64,000 nt of DNA from an uncultured Nitrososphaeraceae archaeon. Lineage in GTDB: Archaea > Thermoproteota > Nitrososphaeria > Nitrososphaerales > Nitrososphaeraceae. The position numbers and the translations under genes are program-made. The notes beneath the pieces are model-generated. The model did not search any database and had not been told where the DNA came from. It was given only the letters and a program-made list of their open reading frames with translations. This document shows, one piece after another, positions 31,879-44,026 of this stretch. The stretch covers positions 9,008 through 73,007 of the forward strand of contig CAWIMJ010000007.1 in the NCBI GenBank assembly GCA_963837175.1, given 5' to 3'. Each line of letters starts with the position of its first letter. Position 1 is the stretch's first letter.

Positions 31879-33207
31879 TTATTGTCCTGCAACTTTAGCA
31901 TTAATTAGCTTGTTGTTTTCAAATGTATTATTATTATTATTATTTGAATCTGGAGCAACATTTATGCCAAATTTTGTAGCATTGATTATTGTATTAGAGC
32001 TAAATGTATTATCATGTGCACCTGTATTGATAAGTATGCCATTTGATTTAGCATTTGTGATGGTATTATCATGAATTTTATTATTATGAGCTAGTGCCTT
32101 TAGATAAATTCCTTCTTCACTGTCTGAAACTGTGTTATTATATACTTGATTGTTATTTGATGCTGATACAAATATGCCTTTAACTTCGTTATGTATATAG
32201 TTGTTTCTTGCTACTGAATTGTACATATTTCTACTAAACATTATACCTGAATGTGCGTTATTGTATGCTTCATTACCTTCAAATGTAATGTTATAACAAT
32301 CTAGCGAACAGATTATTCCCTCCTCTCCATTGTTATGAACCACATTATTGCGAATTATCATATCATGTGTCCCAGTATGAGGATCTAGTCCATAAGCAGT
32401 ATTGTCATGAATGAGATTACCTTCAATAATCATACCACCTACTCCATCTGAATAGAAACCAGTTTGAAGATTGTGTATATGATTGCCTTTTACCAGACTT
32501 CCAGGACCTCCATCATATCTAAGACCAGGACCACGGTAGTCATCCACATATCCAAGATATGCCAGTTCTGAATTGATAATATCTGTAGTCCCTGTTGCAT
32601 CTTTTTCAACGAATATATATGGTCTAGGTATCTTTCCTTGTACATCAGTTTTAGCATAATCATTTGTTTGCATATTCCATGAAGTTATCTTTACTGAATC
32701 AATCTTTAATCTACCATGGACATCTATTCCATTAGCAGTATCTCCATCGGCATTAATCTTAAGCCAGGTAGTATCTGTAGAATTGATATATAATGCAGCG
32801 TTATTAGCAACTACAATACCTGCATTTAATAACCATATTCCTCCACGATGATCACCACTACCAGTAGGATTAGTTTCTTCTTTATGGATTACATTTGCAT
32901 CTTTGATCTGATTATCAATATCAGTCAGACTTGTAGAATCACAAGTTATAGTTATTATCTTAGCATCTGAGTCATAGATAATACAAGCAGCCCAGTTTGT
33001 AGCAGCATTCTGCGGCGGTTGCTGTTGAGCATAAGAGAATGGCAATATTAATGCTGATATTGACGGTACTATTACTATTATCGCTACAGCTATAATAACA
33101 AGCATAATAACAGATAATGATGACAATCCACCTGTCGATAATACTGTTAATAGTCTTTTCTTAGACTTTCTATCATTTATCAATTTTAATACAGCTGTAT
33201 AAGACAC
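31879..33207 (-). CDS. Secreted/membrane-anchored right-handed parallel beta-helix protein (AlgG/NosD-like)
   Basis: N-terminal hydrophobic segment, repeated NxIxxN/GI coils, ELAYLG and YGLDPH motifs. Confidence 0.85.
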   Translation of the reverse strand: MSYTAVLKLINDRKSKKRLLTVLSTGGLSSLSVIMLVIIAVAIIVIVPSISALILPFSYAQQQPPQNAATNWAACIIYDSDAKIITITCDSTSLTDIDNQIKDANVIHKEETNPTGSGDHRGGIWLLNAGIVVANNAALYINSTDTTWLKINADGDTANGIDVHGRLKIDSVKITSWNMQTNDYAKTDVQGKIPRPYIFVEKDATGTTDIINSELAYLGYVDDYRGPGLRYDGGPGSLVKGNHIHNLQTGFYSDGVGGMIIEGNLIHDNTAYGLDPHTGTHDMIIRNNVVHNNGEEGIICSLDCYNITFEGNEAYNNAHSGIMFSRNMYNSVARNNYIHNEVKGIFVSASNNNQVYNNTVSDSEEGIYLKALAHNNKIHDNTITNAKSNGILINTGAHDNTFSSNTIINATKFGINVAPDSNNNNNNTFENNKLINAKVAGQ

Positions 33208-33579
33208 ATTTTAATTAATGTTATCAGCAGCAGAGCAATTTATCTCAAATTATACATTATTAAACATATTTGATGTAGAACACAGATTAGAGTATATGAA
33301 AGAGGTAATATAGTTAGATTCAATTTCAAAAGTGCTATATATAGCTGACAACAACTTCCTTCCACGTACAGATACGCCTATGAGTTACGTACAGCAACCA
33401 TCATAAGTACAATAGAATCGCATTGTTTATTGTCCATTTTGTATTTGGATGGCTACACTAGGCCAACTAAAACAAGTTAATATTAAGATGTAATAATTGC
33501 ACTCTCTTGCTATTTGCAAACGGAAAGTTATCACAAAAGTTATTGATGTTAGCAAACTACCAATTTGATCATCATTCTT

Positions 33580-33993
33580 TGTATTAGAAGAAGCGTGCAC
33601 TTGCTCAACTAGTCTGGTTTGATCCCCAAACCAATACTGATAATAGGTATGTTTTTCTCTTAGAATTACTTCAGAGTACAGGTATGGTAGACGGTGGAAG
33701 TTTATTTCACGTGTATTATTAGTAGCAGATGATTAATGATGGTGTTGTTATTGTTGGAATATCAAGCTCTTGGCGAAATTTGTCTGAGTGCTGTACTGTA
33801 ATTATATCTGAATTGTCACTCTTCTCCGGAGGTACTAAAAGCAGATTGACTCCAAAAGGGTAATTTATTAGAAGATTTTATTTTGTAGATTGCTTCCTGT
33901 AATTGCTCAGGTGTGAGACTGGAAGATGTCAATATCAAGCCCGCCAGCATTTGATACTGCTGCTACTACTTCGGGTGTAGTTGGTCCTCCTAC
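33580..33993 (-). pseudogene. Nitronate monooxygenase-family remnant
   Basis: Manual translation GGPTTPEVVAAVSNAGGL / LTPEQLQEAIYKIK..LPFGVNLLL / IPIISIGLG, with frameshifts and truncation. Confidence 0.7.
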
Positions 33994-34161
33994 CAAACAG
34001 TAGTATGATCCTTTGTAAACTTGAACTCGAACGTCTGTACTACAGATTGAATCTTGTTAATCGTAGTTGTTAGCGTTGCTGGCATTTAGATATTAATTTC
34101 CTACTTGGGATTGTTACAGCATAGTAGTACATGACCACAGTATATGAGCCCAGATAGTTAG

Positions 34162-34183
34162 TGGGGCCAGTGGTTTGTGAACC
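34162..34183 (-). repeat. Degenerate att site: direct repeat of the tRNA-Pro 3' end
   Basis: tggggccagtggtttgtgaacc vs tggggccagtgggatttgaacc at 44027-44048: 19/22 identical, first 12 exact. Confidence 0.75.
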
Positions 34184-34595
34184 AAATTTGACACGACTAT
34201 GAGTCTCAGCTTCTAATTCTTAATGTAGCAGTATTAGATAACTAGTGACTCGGGTTCGGTTGAACATAGGAGACAGATTTGACTCAATTTTGCAACTAAA
34301 ATTAGGTGTTTAATATTCATTGGTCCTGGAACTTTAGTAGTACTTAGCCACACTATTTCTTTAGCTATAAGCTACATTGGTTTTGGTTTTAGTAAATCCA
34401 AATGCTCCTACTTTATCGATATAATTTTGTATGGAAGGATAGATCGAAGCAAAAAATAAACCATTGCGGTAGATGTTGAATCCATACCTGCTCACACGAT
34501 ATTCCCAGTCAGAGTTTTAAAGGTATGTACGCCTAGCTAGAATGAGGTTTAATGCATGACATTGATAATACAATTGTAAAGTTAACAGAAAATAC

Positions 34596-35326
34596 TCATT
34601 TTGTAGCATTAGCAGTATTGTTCCCAAAGAAATTGAAAAGTTGCTCAATGAGAAATTTCGGATTTTCTTCAGCAATCCAATGTCCAGAGAGAGGAACTAT
34701 GCCACCACGCACATTTGTAGATATAGACTGCATTGAATCTAATGGCGCAGTACCGAAACTATTCTCTCCACCAAGAGCTAAAACAGGCATCTGAAGCTTA
34801 ACTTTAGAGTATTCTTTAATCTGTTCTGCATCTATCGGAAAGGCTCTATAGTACTCAAAGCCGGCACGCATTCCACCAGGAGCAGAATAACGACTGACAT
34901 ATTCGTCTATATCCTCTTTTGTGATTGCGGCAGGATTATATGAATAATTACTATAGAACCAAGTAAGGTATTCTCTTTCTTTTCCTTCAACAAGTGTTTC
35001 TGGTATATCCCGTACCATATGAAATGGAATGTGCCATAAACGTGTTGAGTTTAGTGCCTGACCTATTCCTGTAATAGGAACATCAAGAATAACCAAGCGT
35101 CTAACCTCATCAGGATGAGCAGAAGCAGACGAAAATGCTACCAGTGCACCTAAATCATGCCCAACTAAGAATGAGTCTTCACATTATCAATATCAAAAGA
35201 TATTTCTTCTAAAGTGGGCTGTTGTTGTTGTGCTATTGCAGTATGATTTTGGTTTAATACTAATGTAAAAGCAAACAATATGCTGATCACAATAATACCA
35301 ATAATGAGAAACGTTATTGCAGTCAC
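34596..35326 (-). pseudogene. Secreted epoxide-hydrolase-like alpha/beta hydrolase with internal deletion
   Basis: Signal-like segment ...AIAQQQQPTLEEISFDIDNV is joined out of frame to FLVGHDLG; the HGxP region is missing; C-terminus WHIPF, EYYRA, SGHWIAEENP. Confidence 0.72.
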
Positions 35327-35559
35327 ATGATGTGAAGCTGGAATGTGGATTTATCTTTTCCGACCATCACAGAACCTGGCCCTCGGTTTGTTATAATAGT
35401 ATGATGAATACATTGCCTTGCATTGTACCCAGAGCAGCTAAGAGATGCACATATGAGCATACTAGAGGCTTTAGTATCTTAGAAGTATTAGCATGTTTAC
35501 TTCTTTAGGAGATCGTTTCATAATATAAAGGATGTTAAAGCAAGATAAAACCATTTTCA

Positions 35560-35805
35560 ATGTCCAGGATCAATAATGTAAGAATTGTCTTAATCCACCT
35601 TGATTTCATGGAAATCAATCGTCACAATGACACTGTCGAAGACTGGCTGACCGTCTGGCCGGCAGCGATAGACTCTGCACAGTTCAAGAAGGCAGTTAAT
35701 AACGTTATGAACCCAAACGACAGAATGTCTGCGTATCCTCCCAGCACAGTGGCATCTCCCCATCTATTTAAGAAAGTTGCAGTGCCTGAAATATGTGTAG
35801 AATAA
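35560..35805 (+). pseudogene. Chimeric ORF ending in an antibiotic-biosynthesis-monooxygenase-like C-terminus
   Basis: FKKAV...YPPSTVASPHLFKKVAVPEIC resembles ABM-family C-termini (from memory); N-terminal part looks unrelated. Confidence 0.5.
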
Positions 35806-35967
35806 GCCCTTAGTCAGCCATATAATCACCAGTACCCAATTCTTGTTCTGTCTCTTCTTAATACCACTTGGTTGTTATAGAAGTATACAAGGCAGTGGTG
35901 TAGTCGAGGTGCACAGGGATATATATTTTCTTATTGACCTGATAGCATTAATTAATCTAAGTTAGAT

Positions 35968-36228
35968 TTACTTTACTCCCTCCGAAATTGTTATCCTATC
36001 TGCAATATTCTTTACAAATGGGGTAATCATAATTGTCATGGGAAAGCCAATTGCGAATGTCGTCAAAAATATGCCAAACCACATTTCGAAAAAATTATGA
36101 ACAATTCCGATATTTATTATAGTAACGACTAAAGAGGTGAGCACTGACATTATAAAACCCATTATGACTCCAAATACTAATGTATAGTATTTCTTAGAAA
36201 GTTTATTTACCCTCTTTCCATTATTCAT
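35968..36228 (-). CDS. DUF2798-like two-TM protein
   Basis: MGFIMS..SLVVTIINIG...W...FAIGFP...PFV pattern. Confidence 0.7.
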   Translation of the reverse strand: MNNGKRVNKLSKKYYTLVFGVIMGFIMSVLTSLVVTIINIGIVHNFFEMWFGIFLTTFAIGFPMTIMITPFVKNIADRITISEGVK

Positions 36229-36421
36229 TCCCTAACTCTTAGCATCCAACTTATATACTTTGGAGTTTGGATTAGAAGAAGGGCAAGAGCATATTACGGC
36301 TGGATACTAAGTATTTCTGCACAAAAGATTGGACAACATATTCTGACCTTTACCTGTGTCGTCATTATGCAATGGTTGCAGTAGATATTTAATGCACATT
36401 AAGTTAAACAAGGAGACGAAT

Positions 36422-36991
36422 ATGGCCAAAATCGCATTAATAGTTGGTTCTGTTAGACAGGAACGCCAGGGTATTAAGGTTGCTCGCTGGATGGAGGAGA
36501 AATTAAAGAACCGTAACCACGTAGTATTTTTTATCGACCCGCTGGAACTGAATCTGCCTTTGCTTGATAAAATGTACAAGGAAATGACAGACCCTTCAGA
36601 AAAAATGAAATCCCTCCAAAGCAAAATAAATGATGCAGAAGGATATTTGGCGGTAACTCCTGAATATAATGTGGGAACCTCCGGTGCAATGAAAAATACA
36701 TTAGATTACTTTTTAGAAGAATATTTTTTCAAGCCATCGGCTATTGTCTCTTATTCCCCAGGAATGTTTGGTGGGATAAATGCTGCCCAGCAACTTAGAC
36801 TAATTTTTGCAGAGTTAGGAGCGCCTTCAATATCTTCATCCTTCTCAATACCAAGGCTCCACAAGGTGTTTAATGAAGATGGCAAACTAATAGATGAAGC
36901 ATATGACAAAAGGGTGTTGAAATTTCTTGCAGAATTTGAATGGTATATTGAAGCCTTCAAAAACCAAAGAGCAAAGGGCACTCCATATTAG
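36422..36991 (+). CDS. NADPH-dependent FMN reductase (flavodoxin-like)
   Basis: IVGSVR, VTPEYN, MKNTLD, KPSAIVSYS.GG. Confidence 0.9.
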   Translation: MAKIALIVGSVRQERQGIKVARWMEEKLKNRNHVVFFIDPLELNLPLLDKMYKEMTDPSEKMKSLQSKINDAEGYLAVTPEYNVGTSGAMKNTLDYFLEEYFFKPSAIVSYSPGMFGGINAAQQLRLIFAELGAPSISSSFSIPRLHKVFNEDGKLIDEAYDKRVLKFLAEFEWYIEAFKNQRAKGTPY

Positions 36992-37081
36992 ATCTTAAAG
37001 TGCAGGGTTTAATTGATATACGATGAGGTGACCCATAAACAATAGTTTTATATGAAATGGTATGGGCATAGAGGTAGCCAG

Positions 37082-37201
37082 ATGACAAACATCGCCCCTT
37101 ACATATGCGAAGAATGTTATACTCTCTTCAACTCACAAGAAGAACTAATTCAACATGAAAACTATGCAAGATACAGGAGACCAGGTTATTGCTGGCAATA
37201 A
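37082..37201 (+). CDS. Possible small C2H2-like zinc-finger peptide (39 aa)
   Basis: YICEECYTLFNSQEELIQHE; second His missing, so possibly decayed. Confidence 0.35.
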   Translation: MTNIAPYICEECYTLFNSQEELIQHENYARYRRPGYCWQ

Positions 37202-37353
37202 TAACATTCCTTATTAACCTTATTTCGTTTCAAAATTCCAGTCTACTACGAATCGAAGAGATCGACGACAATCGTTATTGGGCTATAGCTGGTGACCTTG
37301 ACATCTTCTTCAGGAATATTACAAGCAATTAATTTCTGATAACCTCTGCTCCA

Positions 37354-37700
37354 CTATTTGCGCAGTGGTCTGAAGCCCGCACGAACCTCTTCTGAAAAGA
37401 GTTCCGGCTGTTCCCAGGCCGCAAAGTGCCCGCCTTTGTCGAGCTTGTTGTAATGGATGAGTTTGTGATAGGCCCGCTCTGCCCAGCTACCCAAATCATA
37501 GAACCATTCAATGGGTCAGATGATGCTGCAAAGTAGTCATCATATCTATTAGATAATTCATTTGCTGTTCCTAATTTCAAAAACTGTGGTTCCTTTATTG
37601 AGTTAAGTTCATCAGCATCATCATTAGATGTTCGTGTTGAAACTAAAATACTAGGATAAATTGAGTATGAAGAATATCCAAATATAATACCCAAATTTCC
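37354..37700 (-). pseudogene. Fusion of a secreted-protein fragment to a GC-rich epoxide hydrolase C-terminal fragment
   Basis: 37354-37488 reads SWAERAYHKLIHYNKLDKGGHFAAWEQPELFSEEVRAGFRPLRK*. It is joined out of frame to ...RYDDYFAASSDPLNGSMIWVAG. Confidence 0.7.
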
Positions 37701-38304
37701 ACCATCTCCACTTTTGCTTATTTGGTCAAAAAGGGAGCGATATCTGAGCTTCTTTTAGTGGAAGTATTATAATTATATATCTCACCAATGATTGAAGTAC
37801 CTCCATCTCATTATTATCGAAGCAGGGATAGTGGAGGTATTTGTAATAAGGTGGAGATAGCAAAACTTGATAGATCATTCATCTCCACTACTTTTACACT
37901 TGTTTTGAGCACGAATTTGCTCTTGGTGCAGGTAATGAAGATGGTGGAGATATTTTCCTATAACTTTTATGATTATATTGCGGTACATATTTTATCGATA
38001 CTTTTTCACATCTATTACATAAATTACATGCAGGCTCATATGTTATAGATTAGTATTGAAGAATTGAAATACACTCTAGCAATGTTTTAGTAAATGTTTA
38101 TATGTCAGCTAATTTGCCGTTACGTTATTAAGAATTAAATCTTGAATTTCTCTTCAAAAAATTACAGAAGGTTTAACGCATATGTATATTATGCATCTTC
38201 TTATGTTGGTGCTGCAGCTAATGGTGATGATGATAATAATGATGATAGATACTTTTAAGCTCGATAGTTAAGATACGAAGCTTCGAGATGAGTCGATTCT
38301 ATAA

Positions 38305-39832
38305 TTATATAAGACCTAAATCCTTGTGTGGGTTTCCGACCATATTCTTAGCCACAACTATCTTGTCAAATTCTTTTGCGCTAACATAGCCACTTGATAT
38401 AGCCGCATCGCGCAAAGTAGTCTTTTGGTCAAATGCTTTGTGAGCAATAGCAGAGGCCTTGTCGTAACCAATTACGGAGCTGAGAGCTGTCACAAGCATT
38501 AATGATTCATTTACGTATTGGCTAATTCTATCGCTATCAAGAGTTATTCCTTCTATGCTGTATCTACGCAGCTTGTCACATGCATCGCCCAAGATATTTG
38601 CTGAATGAAGTACATTTTTTATGATTATTGGTCGCATTGCGTTTAGCTCAAAATTGCCTTGTGATCCAGCAATAGCCACGGCAGTATCGTTTCCAATAAC
38701 TTGTATGCAAACCATTATCATAGCTTCTTCTTGTGTTGGGTTTACTTTTCCGGGCATTATTGAAGATCCGGGTTCGTTTGCAGGTAGGTTAAGCTCATGT
38801 AAGCCAGCACGAGGGCCTGATCCTAACCATCGAATATCATTTGCAATCTTCATAAGCGCTACAGCAAGTGACCGAAGAGCTGGCACTTGCATTGACCATA
38901 GGATCGAGCGATGCTTGTGCAGTAAACTTATTTGGAGCAGTAAAAAACGGATGTCCTGTCAGTCGAGCAATTTCAGATGCAATCTTTTCTCCAAATCCTG
39001 CAGGGGCATTGAGTCCCGTTCCTACTGCTGTACCTCCAGCCGCAAGTTTGTATAACCCCCTGATCGATATTTTAATATTATCAAGAACATCTTTGAGCTG
39101 TACTGCATACCCAGACCATTCCTGTCCTACTGTAAGTGGTGTTGCATCCTGTAAATGAGTACGACCAATTTTGATTATGTCAACCCACTTCAATGCCTTG
39201 TCCCACATCACATTTATCAGAGCCTCTACATTTGGAATGAGATGATTTGTAAACTCTAGAACTGTTGCAATATGCATGGCAGTTGGAAATGTATCATTAG
39301 ATGACTGTGACATATTTACATGGTCATTTGGATGAATCGGTGTTTTTGTACCTATTATACCACCCGCCATCTGTATTGCTCGGTTTGATATTACTTCATT
39401 AACATTCATGTTTGTTTGTGTGCCAGAGCCAGTTTGCCATACATATAGTGGAAATTCACTGTCGAGACTGCCACTTATAACTTCGTCAGCAACTTTGATA
39501 ATGAGATCCTCCTTGTCACTTGGTAATCTACCTTCTGGAGCATTTACAATTGCTGCAGCTTTCTTGACATATCCATAGGCGTGATAAACAGCCTTTGGCA
39601 TACGATCGTCACCAATAGAGAAATGGACAAGTGATCGCTGTGTTTGAGCACCCCAGTAATGATCAGCAGGTACTTCTATATCGCCCATAGAGTCAGACTC
39701 TATACGCATTCCTGATGAGGCACGTATTCCAGTATTGTATTTATGATCATCTGCCGTTCTCGGTAGCAGTCCATTGCTGCTATTATTGGAAGATTTATCA
39801 AGGTTATTATCCGAAGAATTTGTCATGTCCAT
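38305..39832 (-). CDS. fumC: Class II fumarate hydratase, 1-bp frameshift near 38883
   Basis: [48 protein letters not shown]. Confidence 0.93.
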
Positions 39833-39874
39833 TTAACTTTCTCGATTTGTAGATATTTAGACTTACACATATTT

Positions 39875-41543
39875 TCATGAACTCACAGCAAAAGATCTAT
39901 ACTCTGGTTTGTAGAGCATTGCCTTGAGCCAGAAATTGATATCGTGGGGCCGTGGAGCATCAACTCCCTCTAGGTTACGCTCAAAGACAAGCCCGGCGAC
40001 ACGTTCGGCGGTGCGCACCTCTGTATCCAAGATATTGCTTTGGGGTGGGAATAGCATACCCATCTTGAGTTGATTGTCAGTTACCTGATCAGCTGTTGCT
40101 CTTGCAGCTTCAATAAACATTTCATCGGTTACAAACTTTGCACGGGTAGCATAAATTGCAAGGCCGACCGCCGGATATACGTAAAAGTTATTTGCTTGTC
40201 CGGGAAGAAAAATATTACCATTATAATGCACTGGAGGAAACTGCACACCAGCTGCATAAATGGCCTTACCACCAGACCATCTATATGCTTCTTGTGGGGT
40301 GCACTCGGCATGTTCAGTTGGATTGGACAGAGCAAATATGATTGGTCGTTCATTTACCTTAGACATGGTCTCTACCACGGCCTGAGTAAATGCTTTACCT
40401 ATAGTACTTACACCAATCAAGATGCTAGGCCTAATCGAGTCTACTGCATCTACTAGATCGTGAGTGGGAGTATGTGTATGAGCATACACCTTTTGCTGAG
40501 ATATCAGGTCTGTACGTGTATTCTCCAATAAGCCGTTCACATCGAACATCCAGATGCGGCTTCGAGCTTGTTCTTTAGATAGACCCTCGAGTTTCATTGT
40601 CGACCTGATCATATCAGCAATACCAATACCAGCCGATCCAGCACCTAGTAAAAGAATACGCTGATCTTTAAGGCTCTCGCCAATTATACGCATAGCGTTT
40701 ACCAGTCCAGCAACGGTTATGCTGCCAGTGCCTTGAATGTCATCATTGAAGGCAGCATACTTTATCGCGGTAGCGAGATAGATAATGGAGGGCATCGGTG
40801 CCTTTCCAGTCTTCAAAATGGATGCAGCAGTTCTGGAAGCATTCTTGGACAGCCTGCACAAACTCATCTACGAATAGCTCTGTTTCTTGTATACTGGGAC
40901 GAGTTTGTCGTAATCCTAGATAGAGAGGGTCATTTAGCAATTGGCGATTATTCGTGCCGAAATCAAGTAGGAGTGGTAGAAGTCCATGTGGGGGTACACC
41001 TGCACAGGCGGTATACAGTTGTAGCTTTCCAATCGGTATGCCCATACCGTTCGCACCAAGATCTCCTAGTCCGAGGATGCGACCACCAGAAGATACGCAA
41101 ATAACGCGCACATCCTTCTCGGGCCAGTTCGAAATGACCTCGTGCACACGTCCTTTTTGATTCATTGATATGTACATTCCATTCGGCCGACGGTATATGT
41201 GTCCGAACGTTAGGCAAGCCTCACCAACGGTCGGATCGTAAAGTATTGGTAGGAAGTATGCAGGATCAGACATTACGACATGGTAAAAAAGAGTCTGGTT
41301 TGAATCGAAGAGCTGGATCAGGAAAATGTAACGCTCCAGGTCAGTCGGCTTTTGACCCAATTGCTGGAGGATACGTCGCTGCTGTTGGTTGATAGTCTCA
41401 ACCGAAGGGGGTAGAAGACCTTCGAGACCAAAGGCAGCGCGTTCGGCATCTGTAAAAGCTGTACCTTTGTTTAGTGCCGATGTGTCAAGTAGTTTTATTC
41501 CTCTCTCATGCGGAGAAACCGAGGTCTCATAATGAGGTGACAT
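39875..41543 (-). CDS. maeA: NAD(P)-dependent malic enzyme (large MaeA/SfcA type), 1-bp frameshift near 40751
   Basis: NKGTAF, YDPTVG, RILGLGDLG, HFED, FNDDIQGTG, GAGSAG, LSNPT, QANN. Confidence 0.92.
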
Positions 41544-41808
41544 AAATGCACAATAGAAATGTTCGGCTCGATTTAAGCATGATGCAAGTCAAGCCATAGA
41601 TATTCATGAGCCATTTTGTCTAATATTATGCACCTTATTGAAAGCTACTAAATTTTTTAACCTTATATGCATAGACCAACATTGATCTAAAAAAAGGGCT
41701 TGATTTGATTTATTTTGTTAAGGTAATGATCGCAATAAGAAAAGCGACCAGATGCTTTAAAATATCATCATTTATGCGATCATTTCTTATTCCAAAATGC
41801 CGTGTCCT

Positions 41809-41991
41809 CTATAATAATTGGCCACAATATGGGCAATATTTGATATGTGTTGGTGAATGATAATCTAGACCAGCTTGGAGCATCTCATCGTTAGCAGTAA
41901 CTAGATTGAATAGATACTTCTCCTCTTTTCCGCTCTCCAGCTTACGGACAAAGAGACCATGGTCAGGATTAGCTGAAGCAGCGAAAGGCAT
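41809..41991 (-). CDS. Possible small protein with C-terminal CPYCG knuckle
   Basis: IKYCPYCGQLL end; overlaps the unsupported 5' part of ORF 41906. Confidence 0.35.
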   Translation of the reverse strand: MPFAASANPDHGLFVRKLESGKEEKYLFNLVTANDEMLQAGLDYHSPTHIKYCPYCGQLL

Positions 41992-42109
41992 ACGAAGAAC
42001 TATTCCTCAAGACTACGCGACATTTAAATGGAAAGACAATGAAGATCACTTTAAACGCTTTCTTCATCCACGTGATTTGAGGGAGAAAGTTCTCAAAAAA
42101 CTTGAAAAT

Positions 42110-42607
42110 ATGGGCATACATATCCACTTAGAAGGAAAGGAAGAAATCAAACTTCAAGAGCACAAAACACATAGTCCAGGTAAAAGGGGTTCATCTGATA
42201 AAGTTGATGATGAAGATCATGGAGGATGGCAATCTGCTTACAAAGCAACAGAGGAGGTTGAGAAGTTAAAAAAGGCTATGGAAAAGCCTGGAGCCATAGA
42301 ATTTCTTTACGGGAAGATAATTAGGTCACATCTAGCGCATAAATTGGCTAAATTTAAGATATTAGCGTTTCTTCATGCTGCAAAGATAGACGAAACAGCA
42401 CTTCATAAGATGATGGGAATAGGAGCGTCTCTTATGCAAGATGATATAAAAGAACAAGATACTGCTAACTTCAAGCTCATTCACCAAGGATTGCAGTTAT
42501 TTGACGACAATCAATTGGAACAATATGCAGACAACTTAGCTAAATCGTTAATAGAAGATCGTGGATACTACGCTTTATTATATATAGCAGGATTCTTGAA
42601 GCTTTAA
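42110..42607 (+). CDS. Hypothetical helical protein (island cargo); start uncertain, 41906 or 42110
   Basis: Long ORF with protein-like composition; no family recognised. Confidence 0.55.
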   Translation: MGIHIHLEGKEEIKLQEHKTHSPGKRGSSDKVDDEDHGGWQSAYKATEEVEKLKKAMEKPGAIEFLYGKIIRSHLAHKLAKFKILAFLHAAKIDETALHKMMGIGASLMQDDIKEQDTANFKLIHQGLQLFDDNQLEQYADNLAKSLIEDRGYYALLYIAGFLKL

Positions 42608-42701
42608 TCTTAAACTCCTTTTTATCACATAATAAACTGGAGTATATAGGAGCATGATATAATATAACTCTGTTAATTTGCAGTAGCATTCAAATCATAT
42701 T

Positions 42702-43968
42702 TTAAGTATTATTAATAGTTGGTTTCAATTGTCCTGTATCTATTAGTGATTGAATTAGTTGTTCAAAGTGCTCTTGCTTCTTTATTAAACTCTCAATCTG
42801 ATTCTCCTTCTCTACCAGTTTTGCTTTGATTATATATTCACTATCTTTGCTCTTTTCCTTTAATTCTAAAACTTGCTTCTGCAGTAGGAGTTTATCACTA
42901 TTGATTGTAAGCAAGTCTACTGCTTTCAAATAATCTTCTAAAACTTCACGTTCAGTAGGTTTGTAGTACATTCTGAAACTCCAATATCATGTCCCATAGT
43001 TAGTTCTACATTTATTGGCCTCATCACCTGTTCAGCATGAGATTTGTAGAACTTACGAAATCCATGAGCTGCCTTCCATTCATGGCGCTTGACACCCGTT
43101 GTTAGAGTTTGACGAATTCCCTGTTCCCACAACGCTCGTTCTAAAAGCCGTTTTATTCCGCTACTTTGGAGTTTCTTTGGACACGTAGCAAGACCCCATT
43201 TTGCTCCATAATTCATGTTCGTTGTCTGCCACAAATCACGCATAACCCAGGATTCGCCAGTTATCTTTTCACCGTAGCCTGCTCTAAAGTCAATCCAATC
43301 TTTCAATGCATTATAAGCCTCTGGTGTTATGAAAGCATAATATTCTTCTCTGTCTCCAGGATAAACCAATACTTTGGCAGCAATTATCTCTCCGGTAGTC
43401 TTGTTAGAAATTGGAGTTATATACTTCCACTGCAGATAATCCCATGCACCTATTCTAATTCCCGAAGAAGCCATAGTATAAATAATTGCTTTAATTCTCC
43501 TGTCAGGGTACTCTATCACTCTCTGTATCTCTTCTAGAGTTGGTGCTCTATCATTTGCTGCTTGTATTCCCTTTGACAGGCCTCTTGTTATTTTCTTCCA
43601 TGGAACGTCCAAATCAGCACTTCACAAAATACTTTTAATGATTTTACAAAATTCTTTAAAGTAGCAGCCGTTATCTCTTCCTTTTCAACTCTTTCTTTTT
43701 GAAATTGTAAGAATCGTATTACCTGATTTAATGTCCAATTAATATTGGTCTTCGCCCTTTCTGCAAGATGGTTACATCTTATTTCTATCTCTTTAATCTC
43801 GATTTCAAATTGAATAAAGTCAAAGAATGTTCTTAGCCTTCTCTCATAATACTTTCGTGTTAGGTCGGACCTTATAGAATATTTGAACATCATGTATGGA
43901 CTTAACTGGCTTTCTTCTTCTGCTTTTGATAATACTGTATCTATGACGGTGTTCGAATTAGTCTGCAT
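42702..43968 (-). CDS. Tyrosine recombinase/integrase with two frameshifts (near 43620 and 42968)
   Basis: R (SGIRIG), K, HGFRK, MGH, YYKP catalytic set spread across three consecutive ORFs; ATG at 43968. Confidence 0.9.
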
Positions 43969-44026
43969 GTCTTTTTGAGTTATATATAATATCAAAATGA
44001 GACCTAATAAAGTGACAAGATTGACA

